A stretch of DNA of 41,091 bases from Tubiluchus corallicola (Eukaryota; Animalia; Priapulida), in contig JAQGDQ010001440.1 of assembly GCA_030141605.1 (NCBI GenBank), positions 1-41,091 on the forward strand. Direction: 5' to 3'. Position 1 is the first letter of the stretch; each line of letters starts with the position of its first letter. Below, in pieces: positions 36,003-41,091 of this stretch. Made by a program: the position numbers and the translations under genes. The notes under the pieces are model-generated. The model was not told the origin of the DNA and searched no databases. It saw only the letters and a list, made by a program, of their open reading frames with translations.

Positions 36003-36268
36003 TTTATTTCATTGCAACATGTACGGTAATTCAAAACACACATAAAACTATGTAAGTTAGTCTAATAAAGTTTGGCGAGTGTGTTGCTTTAAAACGTGTT
36101 TAAACTGGTGTGTTGTGTGTATTAATGATGACGACAGTTGACTGCTGTCGAAACGTTTGGACACGTTCTTAAACAGTTGTGAATAAAAATCTTTTTATTA
36201 TTTAACATACCTTATTTAAATTATTTCCATAATTAATAATAAATACGCTTTATGTAACGTGAAAATGT

Positions 36269-36830
36269 AACAGTTTATTCATATAAAAATACAAATTTAA
36301 AAAATTTAACAATTTGTTCAGATCAAAATACAAAAAATTAAAAAAATTAACAGTTTATTCATATGAAAATACAAAATTAGAAAATTTAACAGTTTATTCA
36401 TATGAAAACACAAAATTAAAAAAAAATTAACAGTTTATTCAGATCAAAATGCAAAATTAAAAAACTTAACTGTTTATTAATATGACGACAGTTGACTAAA
36501 CGTTTGACACGTTCTTAAAATGTGAATAAAAATTTATTATTTAACATTTATTTAAATTATTACCATAATTAATAATAAATATTCTTATGTAACATGAAAA
36601 TTTAACAGTTTATTCATATGAAAATACAAAATTAAAAAATTTAACAGTTTAGTCATATGAAAATACAAAATTAAAAAATTTAACAGTTTATTCATATGAA
36701 AATACAAAATTGAAAAATTTAACAGTTTATTCATATGAAAATACAAAATTAAAAATTTAACAGTTTATTCATATGAAAATACAAAATTAAAAAACTTAAC
36801 AGTTTATTCATATGAAAACACAAAATTAAA
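36269..36830. repeat. ~39-bp AT-rich minisatellite in two blocks separated by a degraded duplicate of 36128-36268
   Basis: aacagtttattcatatgaaaatacaaaattaaaaaattt is repeated. Confidence 0.9.
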
Positions 36831-37282
36831 GTGAGCAAAAAATAAATCAGAAAGTGCCAAAACAAAAATGAACATTAATTAAATACTAAAATAATATTAA
36901 CAAAATAATAAAGAACACGAACAAAGCAAAATACTAAACTGAGGCACCGGATCAGAAGCGGTGTCTCAGCAATATTAAAAGTATCGAAAGTCAAGTAACT
37001 TCACAAATGCACGAAAGCACCAGCTGCTATGAATCACCATGTTTATTGAGCCAGAATCGTTTGGCTACTGAAGCCATTGTCAATCTATAAATGAAGCCAA
37101 AATGAAGAATCAATAATACGCTAATGATCTACATAGTCATCTTTGTACGAGAATTGGGGAGCATGACAAAGGCCAGCAGCTTGACTCTGCAATTTCTTTC
37201 GTTAAAACTTCGTTTATTTTGATAGGTTAAATTCTAATCTGCTGTTTTGTAGTTTCAGTTTGAGTCTTTGTAGCATCAATGT

Positions 37283-37940
37283 CGGAGAAAAACTCTGCTA
37301 CGCTGTCTGGAAGAAATCCTTGAAGCTGACGAAATATGTTGTTGTTGGCATCCTTCTGTCTCGGAAGACAATGGAGTGTGCGCCAAGAGAGTCAGTTATT
37401 GATCACATTGATGGAGCTGCAGCGTCGACTGTGGCTGAGCAGTGCGATCCTTGAACGTCTTCAGGGCACACGCCTGGGCAAGGTGTATGGAGATCCTGAG
37501 TAACCCAGACAGCAGGAAACCCTCTCTTTCTCCCTGGTGTAGTCCAAAAGAAAGCGATGCGATACGTTTGGCACCAGGTTGGCTGCAGGAGCTGCCGGAG
37601 TCAGTGAGCATGCTGCACTGGTCCGTCTTCAGGGCTCCACTCCTGATTTGGAAGGTTTACTCCTCTACACATGGCCGTTGGGTCACTTGACCTCCTCCGC
37701 CCTCTAGCCATTGGCTGCTTGTGCAGCTCCTCTGCCTAGTGTCGAGATACAGTGTGGGCATCCCGCAAGCCTACAGCACCTGGTATTCCTAGGCGGTCAC
37801 CCATCCCATGAAATATACATCACGAGTATAATGTTAGAAAATCTATCAATTCAAGTCAGGTGTGAAGGGAAATTGAGTCAGCCGTTTTCTACAAACATAG
37901 GAGTACCTCAGGGTGACTGCCTGAGCCCTGTTATTTATTC
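37283..37940 (+). mobile_element. Non-LTR reverse transcriptase fragment (split by a SINE)
   Basis: Removing 37338-37816 (the SINE plus one TSD copy) gives the in-frame RRKTLLRCLEEILEADEIYITSIMLENLSIQVRCEGKLSQPFSTNIGVPQGDCLSPV. Confidence 0.85.
37338..37809 (-). mobile_element. 5'-truncated 5S rRNA-derived SINE (SINE3-type) with (CAA)n tail
   Basis: 37767-37806(-) reads GGATGGGTGACCGCCTAGGAATACCAGGTGCTGTAGGCTT, the 3' third of animal 5S rRNA. A ~420-bp body and the tail CAACAACAAC follow. 7-bp TSD GAAATAT at 37331-37 and 37810-16. Confidence 0.85.
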
Positions 37941-38494
37941 TTTGAGTCAGCTGCTTTCTACAAACATAGGAGTACCTCAGGGTGACTGCCTGAGCCCTGT
38001 TATTTATTCTTTGAGTCAGCTGTTTTCTACAAACATAGGAGTACCTCAGGGTGACTGCCTGAGCCCTGTTATTTATTCTTTGAGTCAGCTGTTTTCTACA
38101 AACATAGGAGTACCTCAGGGTGACTGCCTGAGCCCTGTTATTTATTCTTTGAGTCAGCCGTTTTCTACAAACACAGGTGTACCTCAGGGTGACTGCCTGA
38201 GCCCTGTTATTTATTCTTTGAGCCAGCTGTTTTCTACAAACATAGGAGTACCTCAGGGTGACTGCCTGAGCCCTGTTATTTATTCTTTGAGTCAGCCGTT
38301 TTCTACAAACATAGGTGTACCTCAGGGTGACTGCCTGAGCCCTGTTATTTATTCTTTGAGTCAGCCGTTTTCTACAAACATAGGAGTACCTCAGGGTGAC
38401 TGCCTGAGCCCTGTTATTTATTCTTTGAGCCAGCTGTTTTCTACAAACATAGGAGTACCTCAGGGTGACTGCCTGAGCCCTGTTATTTATTCTT
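37873..38494 (+). repeat. 69-bp minisatellite (9 copies) made of the RT GVPQG motif
   Basis: The unit encodes SLSQ[L/P]FSTNIGVPQGDCLSPVIY (23 aa). Confidence 0.97.
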
Positions 38495-38515
38495 CGTTTT
38501 GACTTCATTTATAAT

Positions 38516-38548
38516 TTGAAAATGGCTTCAATAGCCGAAACGATCGTC
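38516..38548 (+). other. Degenerate minimal hammerhead ribozyme motif (Penelope-type)
   Basis: tTGAAaA-T-GGCT-tcaat-AGCC-GAAACGATCGTC: intact stem II, GAAA, palindromic stem III and GUC; two mismatches in CUGANGA. Confidence 0.5.
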
Positions 38549-38905
38549 TATCGAGAAAGTTTGAACATAAATTTGTGGAGGTAACACACTTTTTAGTGTT
38601 TTTCTCTAATATTTCAAGTATTCCAAAAAGTTTAAGAACTTTTATAGCGTTTAAGCAGCCACATTTAAGCAATCTTATTAGGCTGCATTAAACTTACAAC
38701 AACAAGCAAGCAAAGCAAAATAAACTGACTGTGTAAGTAGGCAGCCCCACCCAGGCCACAGTCAAATTCAGTTAGTTTAATTTCGTTTTTGCCGTGTTTT
38801 CTATTTGGTTGCAAACAGTCAATTTTGCTCGTTTTCCAGTTTTCCATTTTCGTCCAGGCAAGTGTGCAATTACAAATGAGCCTAGATCCTGAAATAGACC
38901 GTGAA

Positions 38906-39579
<674 letters not shown>

Positions 39580-40160
39580 AAATCTTTATTTGCCATTTTA
39601 AAACATTGACCATCATAATAAAAGACAGACAATCAGTGTTAGTTCATATAAAAACATACACTGTTCTGGGCAAATGCGTCTGGTGCAAGCTAAACTATAA
39701 GTGCAACTAGAAATTCAAAAATAAAATATAAACTAGTTTAGTAAGGTCTAGGAAAAATGAAATTATGATTTGAGTAAGTATCATCGTGTTCGTATGTCGG
39801 ATATTCAAAACGAGTCATTAAATGTTTTTTAATTTAGACTTGAATATTGATAAAGAGCTGCTGTGTTTTAGTGATGTCGGTAATGAATTCCAAAGTTGTA
39901 TTGCTTGCTTAGTAATGGAATTCTTTCCATATTGATTGTTCGGTCTAATGTTTCTTAAATTTAGTGTTCTGTTATTCATACTGGGGTTTTTAAGAAGTGG
40001 GAGCTTATTGTTTTTGAAAGGAGAATTAATATTGTTGATATATTTATAGAGGAACAGGAGAGTTTGATAATCTCTGTGGGCTTCTAATATGGGGATATTC
40101 ATAGAGTTTCTTAAAGAGGTGGCAGAATATTTACTTGTATTGTGAGATGATTTCAAAGAA
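39580..40160 (-). mobile_element. L2/Crack-like LINE 3' fragment
   Basis: ORF 39818..40156(-) ends YGKNSITKQAIQLWNSLPTSLKHSSSLSIFKSKLK. The 3' UTR carries the same motif and ends aataaagatttt + (TAC)n. Confidence 0.85.
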
Positions 40161-40552
40161 TGACCATTAACTAATCATAAAGATTAGTTTTGCAAATTTT
40201 CACTAGTTTCAAAATTCGGCAACACCTGGCTACAAACTGGAAACATACATACTGTAAACATACTGTAAACATATGTCTGGCTACAAACTGTAACTGTATA
40301 CAATCATTTCAGATGAGTTTTTTACATCGTCTTTATCGTAGTCCTCAGGAGCGTGGCTATTAGTAATTCGTTTTTCGAAAATTTATTTCGTTTCGAAACA
40401 TTACCGACTTTTCAACGATTAGGTAATGTTTCAGTATGAAAAATTCCTTGAAGCCACAGCGTCGATAATGCAGCATTCTTGCTATATGTAAACACATATA
40501 ATAATTTATATTGAATTTCACAGGGCGAAGCTAAATGGACAATGAATAGAAC

Positions 40553-40705
40553 AAAAGAGAGGGAGAGAGAAAACGGTAGTGAGATAAAAAAAGAGAGGAG
40601 AGAGAGAGATAAAAGAGAGAGGGGGAATCGCAGCACAGAGCAAAGAGTGAAAAAGGGAGAGAGAAAGAGAGAGGCAGAGAGAGAGAAAGAGACGAGAGAC
40701 TAAAG

Positions 40706-40761
<56 letters not shown>

Positions 40762-40985
40762 AGGAAAGAGAAAAAGAGAGGGAGAGAGAAAACGGTATTG
40801 AGATAAAAAAAAGAGAGGAGAGAGAGAAAGAGAGAGAGATAAAAGAGAGAGGGGGAATCGCAGCACAGAGCAAAGAGTGAAAAAGGGAGAGAGAAAGAGA
40901 GAGGCAGAGAGAGATAGAGAGAAAGAGAGAGAGAAAGACAGGGAAAGAGAAAAAGAGAGGAGAGAAAAGAGAACGAGAGGGAGGT
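40553..40985. repeat. GA-rich low-complexity region containing a ~135-bp duplication
   Basis: aaacggta.tgagataaaaaa...gggggaatcgcagcacagagcaaagagtg occurs at ~40571 and ~40791. Confidence 0.9.
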
Positions 40986-41091
40986 CAGAGGGAAGTAGGC
41001 ATAAAAGAGAGAGCCTCTTCTTTGCCATAGTAATTATCTTGGATATAAAATCTACTTTGTTTCATTTTGCAAACATCTATAATGATGTTAG

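Noticed and set aside
37767-37806. Functional 5S rRNA gene
   Set aside because: Only the last 40 nt are present, with no A box or terminator, inside a TSD-bounded insertion.
37711-38502. Functional reverse transcriptase or retron/DGR-like system
   Set aside because: Only one RT motif region is present and repeated; the catalytic YxDD is absent and the ORF 5' part is antisense SINE sequence.

Overview
AT-rich, repeat-dense animal genomic DNA, most likely an invertebrate; it is not prokaryotic and has no operons or CRISPR arrays. One host gene is supportable: a spliced, + strand MS4A/CD20-like four-transmembrane gene with coding exons at about 19135-19358 and 23057-23641. These join in phase 0 across a GT-AG intron; the ATG-bearing exon was not found. 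The rest is transposon debris and tandem arrays. The transposon debris comprises three solo LTRs of one family (each with a perfect 5-bp TSD), complete Tc1/mariner-, piggyBac- and hAT-type MITEs, 3' fragments of several LINE clades, Penelope-like remnants with decayed hammerhead motifs, a Helitron-like repeat and a 5'-truncated 5S-rRNA-headed SINE. The tandem arrays include more than ten minisatellites with units of 19-163 bp and long microsatellites. The most unusual locus is 37283-38550. There a LINE reverse-transcriptase fragment was split by the 5S-derived SINE (7-bp TSD), and its GVPQGDCLSP motif was amplified into a 9 x 69-bp in-frame array. I see no convincing new multi-gene system. Family assignments rest on motif recognition by eye, not database searches.
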